The notes under the pieces were generated by a model. That model was not told where the DNA came from. It made no database searches and saw nothing but the letters and a program-made list of their open reading frames with translations. Shown piece after piece: positions 9,075 to 18,256 of a stretch of 46,085 nucleotides of DNA. How positions within the stretch are numbered: position 1 is the first letter of the stretch; each line of letters starts with the position of its first letter. Source of the DNA: a virus; the IMG/VR virus record IMGVR_UViG_3300005546_000008, positions 1-46,085 of that record. One strand, written 5' to 3'. The translations under genes were made by a program, and so were the position numbers.

Positions 9075-10421
9075 ATGCCTACTGACTGGAATGATCGAGA
9101 CTCGATCAAACAATTTATGATTGAGTCCCATAATCAGGGTATCCCCGATGATGCGGTAGATGCCTATATAGCGAAGCGTAAGGCTAGTATGGCGGGGAAG
9201 ACTCTTCAAGCGCATGGTGCTGGGCGCTCCTTCGATAAGGAGAAGGGACTTGATAACATGCTCAACATCATCCCCCATCCTCCCCAGAATGTGGTTAACG
9301 CGCTCCCCTACGCTCTAGGTGCTCCCGGCCAAGCTATGAAGGAGGGGATTGATTATCTTCAAGCTGAGAAGCCCGAGGATCGTCCTACGTGGTATGGCGC
9401 TGCTGCTAGAGTTGGGGGAATGGCTGTAGCTCCCGCTGTAGTGGGGGGAGTTACTAGGGCACTAGGTAAAAGTGTTGGCATGGCTGGGCCAGCTATGACT
9501 AGGGTGATGAACTCAGGCCCCATGCAAGCCGCTAAGATACTTAATCCATTCGCCAAAGAAGTCCCCGCTGAAGCTGAGCAACTTGGCACCACCATTGCCA
9601 CCAAAACAGGACAGGCCCTTAAGACGATGCAACCCTCCGCTGAAGCTAAGGATGCTTTCGTAGCAGGGCTCAACAAAGCTGGTGGCGCAATCAACGTAGA
9701 GAAGCTAGCTGAGAAGTTTATGGGCGCTGTGGACGAAACCGCCCAGTTTGGTAGCGACACCGCCAAGCAAGCTGCCACTCGCCTCCAACAGCTTGGGGAT
9801 GAGTTACTTAGCAAGAGGGTAGAAGGTAAGATAGGTATAGGGGATTTTGTAGCATTCAAGGAGAACATTAAACAGCAGCTATTTAATTCCTCCAACGGAA
9901 TCTTGCGGCAGAAGTTGGGGCAGCTAGCCGCTGATGCTGATAACCATATTGTGCAGGAGATGGGCCCTGCGGTGGGAAATCATATCAAGGCCCTTGAAGC
10001 AGCTACCTCCAACCGCCTCAAGGTGCTCAGGAATGTTAACCGCTTCTTCCGCACCAGCCCTGAAGCAGCCATTAAGAGGGCAGCCTCCAACGACACCATC
10101 ATGCGCATGCTGCATGAGCTTGGGGCACAAACGGGGATTGACTACGCAGATGAAGTGGCTACTCTAGCTGCTAAGAAGTCCCTCAATGCTGTGGAGAAAT
10201 CGAGGGGGGTGGAGTTGATGACGCGCCTTACAGGTTCGGGTATTCTCGCTGCATACCAAGGGGGGCCTGCGGCATTGATGGCCTTCATGGCAACCTCCCC
10301 AGGGGCGCGTAGAACAGCAGCTAAACTGGGTATGCTTCTAGCTACTACCTCCATCCCCCAACTTGGTGCCGCCGCCATCGCCAATCAGTTTAGCGGGCCT
10401 AGTGAGCCCCCTAATGAGTAA
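9075..10421 (+). CDS. Internal virion / ejection protein candidate
   Basis: 448 aa. The ATG directly follows the upstream TAG. Ala/Gly-rich with hydrophobic segments near the C-terminus. Assignment is by position only. Confidence 0.35.
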   Translation: MPTDWNDRDSIKQFMIESHNQGIPDDAVDAYIAKRKASMAGKTLQAHGAGRSFDKEKGLDNMLNIIPHPPQNVVNALPYALGAPGQAMKEGIDYLQAEKPEDRPTWYGAAARVGGMAVAPAVVGGVTRALGKSVGMAGPAMTRVMNSGPMQAAKILNPFAKEVPAEAEQLGTTIATKTGQALKTMQPSAEAKDAFVAGLNKAGGAINVEKLAEKFMGAVDETAQFGSDTAKQAATRLQQLGDELLSKRVEGKIGIGDFVAFKENIKQQLFNSSNGILRQKLGQLAADADNHIVQEMGPAVGNHIKALEAATSNRLKVLRNVNRFFRTSPEAAIKRAASNDTIMRMLHELGAQTGIDYADEVATLAAKKSLNAVEKSRGVELMTRLTGSGILAAYQGGPAALMAFMATSPGARRTAAKLGMLLATTSIPQLGAAAIANQFSGPSEPPNE

Positions 10422-10911
10422 GTTCTGGGAGTGGTTAGTCTCCCTCCTCAAGCAGAAAGAACCGGATTATGTGACGCAGATGCCTAGACTTCTCAAGTGG
10501 CCTGTACAGTCTAATAGAGGGGTTAGAGATAGGGATGAGTATGGGTCGGGGGCGTTTGGGGCATCGCGGGATGACGGTAAGCGCCCACACCTTGGATTAG
10601 ATATAGTGTCCTCTCCAGGTGACAACGTTGTGGCTATGTGTCCTCTAGAGGTGACACACATTGGGTTAGCTTATGCTGGGGATACCCTAGGCAGCATCCA
10701 CCTTAAAGGTTGGGACGAGTGGGGGGCGTACACCTTCAAGATCCTCTACGTTGAGGCTGAGGTTACAGTTGGGGAGATACTAGCGGCGGGGGAGGTTATA
10801 GGGGTGGCACAAGATTTAGGGGTACGCTATCCAGGTATAACTAATCATGTCCACCTTGAAGTCCATACAAACAATGAAGCGGTGGACCCGCTTCCACTAT
10901 TAGAGGGGTAG
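10414..10911 (+). CDS. M23-family peptidoglycan metallo-endopeptidase (endolysin or virion-associated lysin)
   Basis: The ATG at 10414 overlaps the upstream stop by 8 nt. M23 zinc motifs are present: HLGLDI (HxxxD) and NHVHLEVH (HxH). Confidence 0.75.
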   Translation: MSKFWEWLVSLLKQKEPDYVTQMPRLLKWPVQSNRGVRDRDEYGSGAFGASRDDGKRPHLGLDIVSSPGDNVVAMCPLEVTHIGLAYAGDTLGSIHLKGWDEWGAYTFKILYVEAEVTVGEILAAGEVIGVAQDLGVRYPGITNHVHLEVHTNNEAVDPLPLLEG

Positions 10912-10913
10912 TG

Positions 10914-11141
10914 ATGGGGATAAGTGACAGGTTCAACGACTTCTTAGATAGGATAGGGGCGGGGGAGGGGATCTGGATACTCTCCATGACCTCCCTAGGC
11001 TTGATCATCCTCAGCCTAGCAACTCACCGTTTGACTGGCGTTGAGTTCGTGAGCGCCTTTAGCGTATGGTGTGGGGCCGTATTCGGCTCCGCAGCCATAG
11101 CAGGCTTCCGCGATATGGGTAAGCCGAATGACCCCAAATGA
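10914..11141 (+). CDS. Holin-like small membrane protein
   Basis: 75 aa with two hydrophobic helices (IWILSMTSLGLIILSLATH and FSVWCGAVFGSAAIAGF). It has a GAGGGG Shine-Dalgarno and lies directly after the peptidase gene. Confidence 0.45.
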   Translation: MGISDRFNDFLDRIGAGEGIWILSMTSLGLIILSLATHRLTGVEFVSAFSVWCGAVFGSAAIAGFRDMGKPNDPK

Positions 11142-11602
11142 CCAAGAATCCACTCAAAACACTAGCTGTTGTGGTTACGATAGCGGCAGGGGTTACAGCT
11201 TGTGCTACCTTCTTCCTCACCCGCTTCGCCTATCATGAAGAGCAAGGTGAGAATAGGGGAAGGGTTGCGCAGCTTACTGAGGACCGCCTTAACCTTCTTG
11301 AAAAGTATCAGTTAGACCACGCTGCCACCCACGCAGCTATTGAGCGTGATCTCCATGGCGCGGTGCTGATGGCTACCCAAACTCAGGATCAGTTAGGTAA
11401 CCTCGCTGTGCAGGTTAATGCTCTAACTAAAGAGGTTAGGCGAGGGCAGTCTCAGATTGCGGAGATTGGGAAGCTTAGGATTGATCTCTCCTCCACCAGC
11501 AATAAGGTTGAGACTCTAAGCCAACGCCTCAACAAGCTCAACGAGTCCGTGGATGACCTCACCAAGGGGCTCAAAAAGCGCGCTAAGAAGGACGAGCATT
11601 GA
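11138..11602 (+). CDS. Membrane-anchored coiled-coil protein (i-spanin-like or lysis-associated)
   Basis: ATGA overlap with the holin-like gene. N-terminal transmembrane segment (LKTLAVVVTIAAGVTACATFFLT) followed by a long coiled coil. Confidence 0.4.
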   Translation: MTKNPLKTLAVVVTIAAGVTACATFFLTRFAYHEEQGENRGRVAQLTEDRLNLLEKYQLDHAATHAAIERDLHGAVLMATQTQDQLGNLAVQVNALTKEVRRGQSQIAEIGKLRIDLSSTSNKVETLSQRLNKLNESVDDLTKGLKKRAKKDEH

Positions 11603-11635
11603 CCTTAGCCCCTACAGAGTGTATATTAGGCAGTA

Positions 11636-12361
11636 ATGGCTAAGCCTCAGCGTATCTTCATCGTCCCCGACCTTCACTGTCCCTATCACGACCCAAAGGC
11701 GGTGTCACTTGCAAAACAACTCTTCGACTCCTACAAGCCCGACCTCACTATTTTCATCGGAGATAACCGTGACTTTATCTGGGCTTCCAGGTTCTTCGTT
11801 CCTCATAAGGAACGAGAAGGAGCGGTCGTTCGTGAGCTTCGAGCTTGGGCCACAGTCTCCGACCTCTTTAAAGCAGAAACTATTCGCCATCTGCGCGGAA
11901 ATCATGAAGGACGAATACTCGAATACCTCGACAAGCACCCCGAACTCGAAGGCCTAGAAGGCTTCACTCCCTCAACCCTCTACCCAGGACTCATCAAAAA
12001 TGACTTCATCGCGCTTGCTAATGGGAGTTTCATCGTTACTCACGGAAGCATCGTCCGCAGCAGTCCCGGAGCCAGCGCCGCTGCTGAAATGCAAAAGTGG
12101 GGTAGGTCTGGTTGTTCCGGGCACACGCACCGACTCTCGCGATATTATAAGCGCGACTATAGTGGAATCAAGCTGTGGGTGGAATGTGGCCATCTGGCGC
12201 TCAACCCCCCGCATTATAGAAGGATGAACAACCCGGCTCCTGAGAACTGGCAACAAGGTGTGGTTATCATAGAAACGGAGGGGAACAGGTTCCATGCGGA
12301 GGAGATCCCCTTCACCCTCAAATATCGCGCAATGTTGCGCGGGAAATGGTTCTCCGCCTAA
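11636..12361 (+). CDS. Calcineurin-like metallophosphoesterase
   Basis: All the signature motifs are in order: VPDLHCPYHD (DxH), FIGDNRDF (GDxxD), LRGNHEGR (GNHE), VTHGS, GHTHR (GHxH). Confidence 0.75.
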   Translation: MAKPQRIFIVPDLHCPYHDPKAVSLAKQLFDSYKPDLTIFIGDNRDFIWASRFFVPHKEREGAVVRELRAWATVSDLFKAETIRHLRGNHEGRILEYLDKHPELEGLEGFTPSTLYPGLIKNDFIALANGSFIVTHGSIVRSSPGASAAAEMQKWGRSGCSGHTHRLSRYYKRDYSGIKLWVECGHLALNPPHYRRMNNPAPENWQQGVVIIETEGNRFHAEEIPFTLKYRAMLRGKWFSA

Positions 12362-12454
12362 CCCCCTCAATATCTTCCCCGTAGCTGACCCCGCTCCACC
12401 CCCTGACGCTTATGATCGTGAAGATGACTCCTACTTCAAGCGAGGATTAAAATT

Positions 12455-13783
12455 ATGTTGCTAGCAGTCTTAGCATTCGTGTGGCAGCAACACTTCGGCG
12501 GCCCTAACTCAGGCGATCACGTGAACACTAAAGCTGTAGCCGTAGATACTTCCGGCAATGCGTTCAGTGTTGGGTCATTCACAAGCAGTGCTGCGGGTAT
12601 CAGCTTTGGAGGGGCAGCGCTTGTGGCTACCGGAGTTAGTGAGGATATCTTCATCACAAAATTCACCTCAGCAGGCGCATACGCATGGTCGAAGAGATTT
12701 GGTTCATCGGGAACAGATGTGGGGTATGGCGTAGGAACCGACAGCAGCGGGAACGTCTATATCACCGGCCAATTTCAAGGGACAGTAGACTTTGGCGGAG
12801 GTAATCTAGTCGCCGCTAACGCTGACATATTCGTTCTCAAGCTAGATTCAGCGGGTAACTATGTATGGCAGAAACAGTTAACTGGCACAGGAAATGATCT
12901 CGCCTACGCCATCTCAGTAAACTCTAGTGGAACCTTCGTGATATCAGGTGAGTTTGGTTCCTTCGGTGGAGGAGTGAATTTCGGCGGAGGTGTACTTACT
13001 AGTGCGGGTAGTTCCGACATATTCGTAGCTGAATATGATTCAAGTGGAACCTATGTGTGGGCGAAACAGATAGGTGGATCAGGAACAGATCGCGGTTTTG
13101 CTGTAGCAATAGACTCAACAGGAGTCGCCGCCGTCACAGGTGATTATAGAAGTAGCGTACAACTTGGTTGTGGCAGCATCATCTCTAACGGATTAGCAGA
13201 TATTCCCGTAGTAAAGTTCTCCTCCACAGGTGGCATAACCTGGGTGCGGCGCTTCGGTGGTACTAGTGATGATCGTGGAACAGGTATTGCCATTGGGCCG
13301 TCGGGGGAAGTGCTTGTCACTGGGTATTTTGACGGCACTATAAACTTTGGAGGTGGGGTACGCCCCGATAGTGGGGGAGGGGTAGACATATTTCTAGCTA
13401 AGTATACCACTAATGGAGTATGGACATGGGATAAGGTATTCGGCTCACCAATAGGAGTTGATTCCCCCCGTGCGGTTGCGGTTGATAGCTCAGGGAATAT
13501 CTCAATGGTGGGCGACCTAGATAATCCTCTCGACTTCGGGTGCGGGTCATTCGGAGAGAATAGTAGCACTAACGTGTTGATTACAAAATTCACCTCAGCT
13601 GGTGCATGTATATCCTCAGCTCGCTATGGTGATCTATCAGATGACCACGGCTATGGAGTAGCATTCGACTCATCCGGCAATCTCATCATAGGTGGCACCT
13701 ATTCAGCTGGTATCAACTTCGGTGGAGGACAGATGACCAGCCCTGGTGGTTACGATGGCTTCCTGGTTAAGTTTAGCCCATAG
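12455..13783 (+). CDS. SBBP / beta-propeller repeat protein
   Basis: Repeats of about 45-50 aa recur through the protein, in the pattern D-x-SGN-x-Y/F-hydrophobic-TG-x-F-x-G-x-hydrophobic-x-FGGG...DIFhydrophobic-x-K-x-x-x-x-G...W-x-K/R. Good GAGGA Shine-Dalgarno 8 nt upstream. Confidence 0.65.
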   Translation: MLLAVLAFVWQQHFGGPNSGDHVNTKAVAVDTSGNAFSVGSFTSSAAGISFGGAALVATGVSEDIFITKFTSAGAYAWSKRFGSSGTDVGYGVGTDSSGNVYITGQFQGTVDFGGGNLVAANADIFVLKLDSAGNYVWQKQLTGTGNDLAYAISVNSSGTFVISGEFGSFGGGVNFGGGVLTSAGSSDIFVAEYDSSGTYVWAKQIGGSGTDRGFAVAIDSTGVAAVTGDYRSSVQLGCGSIISNGLADIPVVKFSSTGGITWVRRFGGTSDDRGTGIAIGPSGEVLVTGYFDGTINFGGGVRPDSGGGVDIFLAKYTTNGVWTWDKVFGSPIGVDSPRAVAVDSSGNISMVGDLDNPLDFGCGSFGENSSTNVLITKFTSAGACISSARYGDLSDDHGYGVAFDSSGNLIIGGTYSAGINFGGGQMTSPGGYDGFLVKFSP

Positions 13784-13791
13784 AGGTGATA

Positions 13792-14892
13792 ATGAAAAAG
13801 TTGGTCATATGTACCATCATCTTGCGCATACTATCCGCGATACCCAGTATAGCTGCTGTAGGCCCTCAACCCACCGCAGTTGTGCTGCTTAAGTTTGCTG
13901 ATCATTCCGAGGAACCTTGCAGCCCCGCTAATGCAGCTACTCTCGTATTCAACCAATATAGCCAGTGGCTCCAGGCTGAATCCAGGGGCCAAGAATGGCT
14001 CACGGGGGGACCCGCCTGGGGGTGGTGGACGCTACCCCACAACCTCTCCTACTACTGTCCCGCTGGAAGTGGTAGCTGCCTCAACTACTCCCTCCTCCTA
14101 GATGCAGACGCCCTAGCCGTAGCGCATGGCTACAGCGAACACTGGAACAGACGCCTCACCGTCCTCTACCTAAATACAGACGGCTTCACAGGTACCTCGG
14201 GGGATGCGCAGATTGTTTGGGCACCATGTCCTGAGTTGACTGGTGCGCAAGCTACGTACATCCTGCGTCACGAAGGCGGTCACGCACAGGGACTCCCCCA
14301 CGCCAACTCGTGGACGTGCACAGATGCGGATGTTGGGGAGGATTATGTCAACGTTATCTACCAAAACACCCTCACCTGCAAGTGGAGTGAGTATGGGGAT
14401 AAGTATGATCCCATGGGGTTCGCGGCTGGGCCGTTGACTCATTACGCGTTGAAGTATCAGACTGACTTAGGATGGCGTTCTGCGGCCAACATCAAGACTA
14501 CCACAGCGAGTGAGAGTGTTACACTCGCCCGCGCCGACGCCACCACCCCCTTCACGCAAGAGGTCCGCATCCCAATCCCTAGTGTGCCTGACTACTTCTA
14601 CTCCCTCGAATACTGGGTAGACAACGGGGTGCTCATCCGCTTCAACTCACCACGAGGCTCCGGTATCCTCAGCCTTGTCAACAACACCTGGCCGAACGCT
14701 TGGGAATACTCCAGCGCGGTCACAGCAGCAAATCCATTCTACGATCCTTACCGGCACATTTCAGTCCAGCTTATCTCAAGCACCTCAACCTCTGCCACTC
14801 TCACCATCAACATGGCGGCAACGAGTGCGCCGCTACCTCCTCCACCTCCCACTCCTCCCCCCACCCACGGGCACAAGAAGGGGAATAGATAA
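13792..14892 (+). CDS. Secreted metzincin-type zinc metalloprotease (gametolysin/M11-like)
   Basis: Signal-peptide-like N-terminus (MKKLVICTIILRILSAIPSIAAVGP). Exact metzincin zinc signature HEGGHAQGLPH (HExxHxxGxxH). Pro-rich basic tail. The track's longest ORF starts at GTG 13786. Confidence 0.6.
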   Translation: MKKLVICTIILRILSAIPSIAAVGPQPTAVVLLKFADHSEEPCSPANAATLVFNQYSQWLQAESRGQEWLTGGPAWGWWTLPHNLSYYCPAGSGSCLNYSLLLDADALAVAHGYSEHWNRRLTVLYLNTDGFTGTSGDAQIVWAPCPELTGAQATYILRHEGGHAQGLPHANSWTCTDADVGEDYVNVIYQNTLTCKWSEYGDKYDPMGFAAGPLTHYALKYQTDLGWRSAANIKTTTASESVTLARADATTPFTQEVRIPIPSVPDYFYSLEYWVDNGVLIRFNSPRGSGILSLVNNTWPNAWEYSSAVTAANPFYDPYRHISVQLISSTSTSATLTINMAATSAPLPPPPPTPPPTHGHKKGNR

Positions 14893-17462
14893 TGATGAAG
14901 GGACTTATTTGTAAGATGCTGAAGGGGATTTTCGTAACAGGGTGGTTGTGTGTTGCGCCCGATCAAGTTCAAGCAACCACTTACTACGCTGCCCCAAAAG
15001 CCACCTCAACTACACCTTGTACCAGTTCTGCCGCCCCCTGCTCTTTTAGCGGGGGAGTTAACAAACTATCCCTAGCCGGTGGGGACACCCTCAACCTACT
15101 CCCAGGAAATTATGACGATACCGATCTTAATGGTACAGGCGCAACGTGCGGGGCTCCAGTGTGTATGGAGATTGCTAATAAGTCCTTCGCCTCTGAAACC
15201 TTTATCCAAGCTAACAATTGGAGTGCTATAGGTGCCCTCACTGAGGACCAAGCTATCATATCTCCCATCAAAACTAGTGGAGTAACGTGGACCCACTGCA
15301 CAACCTGCACTAGCGGAACCTGTAATGGCATCCCAGCAGGAGTATGCTCAAAGGTGTGGTATACCTCAGTCGTAGGCTATCGCGCCCTCTTCGCCCGCAC
15401 TCCCGACGGCACTCCCACCTATAGAGTATCTAATCTAGCTGACCTCGCTCTCGCCCAGCCCACCTACAAGAGTGGCCGCTGTTCCCCGCGCCAAACATGG
15501 AGAGCATGCTCCACAACCGCAGACTGCCAAGGGAGTGATACTTGTACTGGCTCCCAGCAGGTTTTCCCCTCTTACAAAAGCTCCCTTTCCAACGGCAACA
15601 TCCTCTACGTAAACTGGCAGGGGCTAACTCCTACCACTTTCAATGGTGTCACCGGCACTAACCCTTCAAGTGGATTGCTTGTTTATAATAGCTCCAATAT
15701 AACCATACGAGGACTGATAGTTTTGAACGCTGTAAACTGGGGGATGTACGGGGATTTATCCACTAACCTTAAATTTGTAGATAACCATGTCTATTACATA
15801 AACGGTAATCCTGGCGCATCTGGTTCGGATTATTCTATGACAGTATATGCAAAAACGGGGGATGGTTACACCCTTCAGGCAAACGACCTCGCCTATTCAG
15901 GATCAGAAGCAATTCACACTCAAGGTAGAACCTCCAATGCAGCCACCAACATACAAATTCTAGATAACTATATCCATCACACCAACGACCTCACCCTCTT
16001 AGGCCCCGATGCTATGGGGGGAACTCCGCAGGGAATGATCATCACTGATGATTATTTGGGTAGAGGAAACTATTCTAACAGTAAAATCGATGGAAACTTC
16101 ATAGACTATTCCACAGTTAACCGCTCAGGTTTAACGGGAATTCGACTTGAAAATAATGTAAACGGAATACAGGTTAGCAACAACATCATCAAGGAGGCAA
16201 CAGGAGCTTGCCTCTTCTTCGACGGTCAAACTCTTATCTCCAACAACAACGTTTTCAACAACATCTTCTACCGCTGCGGACGTAACCCCACAGGTGGGAG
16301 TGAGGATTATGAATCTGCGGGTATTTCATTCGGCGTAGGCACCCACACCAACAACGTCATCTTCAACAACACTGTTAAGATGGAGGGGGGCATCTCCGCT
16401 ATACGCACTCAAACAGGCACCGTCACTGCAACGGGAACCCTATTCAAAAACAACATCCTCGTCACCCCCTCCGGTACGAAGGCTATAGATTGGAGTCCCG
16501 CTGACACTTCTAACAAGTTCCAGAATAACCTTATTTTCACCCCCAACAATCCCATTGCCACCATCAACTCCAACAACTACTCCTCCTGCATCACATTGAA
16601 TGCCAGCAATTGGGGAGGAAGTAACGCCTGTGGCGATCCCAACTTCGTCAACACCGCCACCTTTGACTACCACACTCAGTCAGGCTCCCCCGCACAAAAT
16701 ATAGGCACCGCCACAGGCATGCCCGCAGCACACACAGCTTCTATTGTGAACACCATCGCTTCATCCCATGGCCTTCCCAGCTATGATGATGGCGACCCCC
16801 TCACTGGAAGTGCTTGGGATGCGGGGGCGACGGAGTATGTGACAGTGGCCCCCACCTTCCTCACAGATGGTAGCTTTGAGCTTGGGGATTTCAACCTAGG
16901 CGGCGCAGAATCAACCTCTCCTTGCACCGACGTGCCAGCAGGAACGGGAGGGAGAGCCACTGTGTTCGCTGACCCCAGCGCCCCCGATGGAGCATATGCG
17001 GTTAAACTTGAGCAATATTTCCTTGGAACTACTTGCACTCCCCCAGCACTCCCGGGGTTCAAGTTTAATCTTACAGGTTTAGCCCCGGGGAATAATTACA
17101 TTATCAATGGGTGGATGAAAAACCCCACCGCTATTGATACCTTATACCCTCTTTATATCTGCATGGATGATACTTGCAGCGATACTCTTCCTCTTGGGCA
17201 AATGGGTATGCCCCAAGTAGGATTGTGTGTTGGCGGTACTCATGTAGGAAATGGGTGTGGGCCTGACCCTGGTACTGAAACTTGCCCAGGGGGAACTTGC
17301 GAACCCAGGGCAGGTTATTATCCCTTCTCTTCCATTTTTCAAGCAAGATCATCGAGTGAGTTTATTAGATTTCTTCTGATATCGGGGAATACTTCCCTCT
17401 ACCCCCGCTACATCTACCTCGACAATATCAGCATAAGCGGAAGCTGCGTCCTCACCCCCTAA
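14892..17462 (+). CDS. Large secreted-type right-handed beta-helix protein (polysaccharide lyase/hydrolase-like) with a C-terminal carbohydrate-binding-like domain
   Basis: Hydrophobic N-terminus. TTYYAAP...GGDTLNLLPGNY is a typical beta-helix entry. Many PbH1-like rungs are present (NITIRGLIVLN, IQILDNYIHH, IDGNFIDY, IQVSNNIIKE, NNVFNNIFY, VIFNNTV, LFKNNILV, FQNNLIF). The C-terminus has DGSFELGDF, a CBM-type motif. Confidence 0.6.
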   Translation: MMKGLICKMLKGIFVTGWLCVAPDQVQATTYYAAPKATSTTPCTSSAAPCSFSGGVNKLSLAGGDTLNLLPGNYDDTDLNGTGATCGAPVCMEIANKSFASETFIQANNWSAIGALTEDQAIISPIKTSGVTWTHCTTCTSGTCNGIPAGVCSKVWYTSVVGYRALFARTPDGTPTYRVSNLADLALAQPTYKSGRCSPRQTWRACSTTADCQGSDTCTGSQQVFPSYKSSLSNGNILYVNWQGLTPTTFNGVTGTNPSSGLLVYNSSNITIRGLIVLNAVNWGMYGDLSTNLKFVDNHVYYINGNPGASGSDYSMTVYAKTGDGYTLQANDLAYSGSEAIHTQGRTSNAATNIQILDNYIHHTNDLTLLGPDAMGGTPQGMIITDDYLGRGNYSNSKIDGNFIDYSTVNRSGLTGIRLENNVNGIQVSNNIIKEATGACLFFDGQTLISNNNVFNNIFYRCGRNPTGGSEDYESAGISFGVGTHTNNVIFNNTVKMEGGISAIRTQTGTVTATGTLFKNNILVTPSGTKAIDWSPADTSNKFQNNLIFTPNNPIATINSNNYSSCITLNASNWGGSNACGDPNFVNTATFDYHTQSGSPAQNIGTATGMPAAHTASIVNTIASSHGLPSYDDGDPLTGSAWDAGATEYVTVAPTFLTDGSFELGDFNLGGAESTSPCTDVPAGTGGRATVFADPSAPDGAYAVKLEQYFLGTTCTPPALPGFKFNLTGLAPGNNYIINGWMKNPTAIDTLYPLYICMDDTCSDTLPLGQMGMPQVGLCVGGTHVGNGCGPDPGTETCPGGTCEPRAGYYPFSSIFQARSSSEFIRFLLISGNTSLYPRYIYLDNISISGSCVLTP

Positions 17463-17473
17463 CTGGAGCCACT

Positions 17474-17734
17474 ATGAGTCTCAAAGCAAAACTAATCTTA
17501 ATCGCCCTTGGAGTGGTAGTGTGCGCCCTCCTAGGCCTCTCCCTCTACTGCAAGGGGAAGAAAGTTGGAGCGGTGCAGGTGAAGCAGGTTGACCTCCGCA
17601 AGGAGCTTGATGACCTCGATAGGGAGAAGCATGAGATTAAAACTAACGTCCACGCTCTTGATACTAATGCTCTCCGCACTCGCATCCTCGATCTCAGCAG
17701 CAGAATCCACGAAGAAGCCGCCCACGCCAAGTAA
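17474..17734 (+). CDS. Small membrane-anchored coiled-coil protein (i-spanin-like)
   Basis: 86 aa. Transmembrane segment LILIALGVVVCALLGLSLY followed by a charged coiled coil. TGGAG Shine-Dalgarno. Confidence 0.45.
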   Translation: MSLKAKLILIALGVVVCALLGLSLYCKGKKVGAVQVKQVDLRKELDDLDREKHEIKTNVHALDTNALRTRILDLSSRIHEEAAHAK

Positions 17735-17957
17735 GGTATGCTTCAGCGCTGAGGAAGCGGGGCGCATCGCCACCAGCATGGTCGAGGCGCTTGCTGAGCT
17801 TAAGCGTAGGCAAGGTGAGATTGATATGCTGCGAGCTACCAAGCCTGCAAGGTTTGGGTGGACTGTGGGTGCAGGATTAGGCATGGGGTACGACTTCCAA
17901 TATCAACGTGCAGATGTGGAACCCTTTGTTGGAGTAGTTTGGGGGATTCGATTCTGA
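17631..17957 (+). CDS. Secreted small protein encoded in an alternate frame, overlapping the 3' half of 17474..17734 (o-spanin-like position, no lipobox)
   Basis: ATG at 17631 with an AGGGAG Shine-Dalgarno 4 nt upstream. Near-ideal signal peptide MRLKLTSTLLILMLSALASSISA/AE. The C-terminus FGWTVGAGLGMGYDFQYQRADVEPFVGVVWGIRF ends in an aromatic residue, like outer-membrane beta-signals. Confidence 0.45.
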   Translation: MRLKLTSTLLILMLSALASSISAAESTKKPPTPSKVCFSAEEAGRIATSMVEALAELKRRQGEIDMLRATKPARFGWTVGAGLGMGYDFQYQRADVEPFVGVVWGIRF

Positions 17958-18256
17958 CGTTTCACCAACGCATCCTTCACCCACCCCCGCTGCATCTTCC
18001 TCCACGTTTCCCCACGCGCCTCTTTTTTACCATCAGGTTCTTTGGGCATCATACTTAAAGAACCTCCATGGTCCCACCATGCGTATATCTCCCTAGCCCA
18101 CTTTATCTGCTTAGCACTAAGTCCACATCTTCCACCCACATAATTGAGTTGATATCTAGGTACGCCCATCAGCGCAATCTCCTCCCCGTACACGCCAGCC
18201 TGTGAATCCGCTGCCCCTCCACATTCGCCACCACCACCGCCGCACATCTCAAACAC
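17903..18256 (-). CDS. Hypothetical protein, last ORF of the leftward block. It overlaps 18169..18471 by 88 nt.
   Basis: 117-aa ORF with a GTG start just after an in-frame TAA. It contains CGGGGGECGG and KQIKWAREIYAWWDHGG. Its 3' end overlaps the convergent gene 17631..17957 by 55 nt. Confidence 0.3.
   Translation of the reverse strand: MFEMCGGGGGECGGAADSQAGVYGEEIALMGVPRYQLNYVGGRCGLSAKQIKWAREIYAWWDHGGSLSMMPKEPDGKKEARGETWRKMQRGWVKDALVKRQNRIPQTTPTKGSTSAR

Noticed and set aside
11138-11215. VTAC in the N-terminus of 11138..11602 as a lipobox, which would make it a lipoprotein or u-spanin
   Set aside because: The Cys lies in the middle of a continuous hydrophobic helix (…IAAGVTACATFFLT…). That fits a transmembrane anchor better than a cleaved lipoprotein signal.
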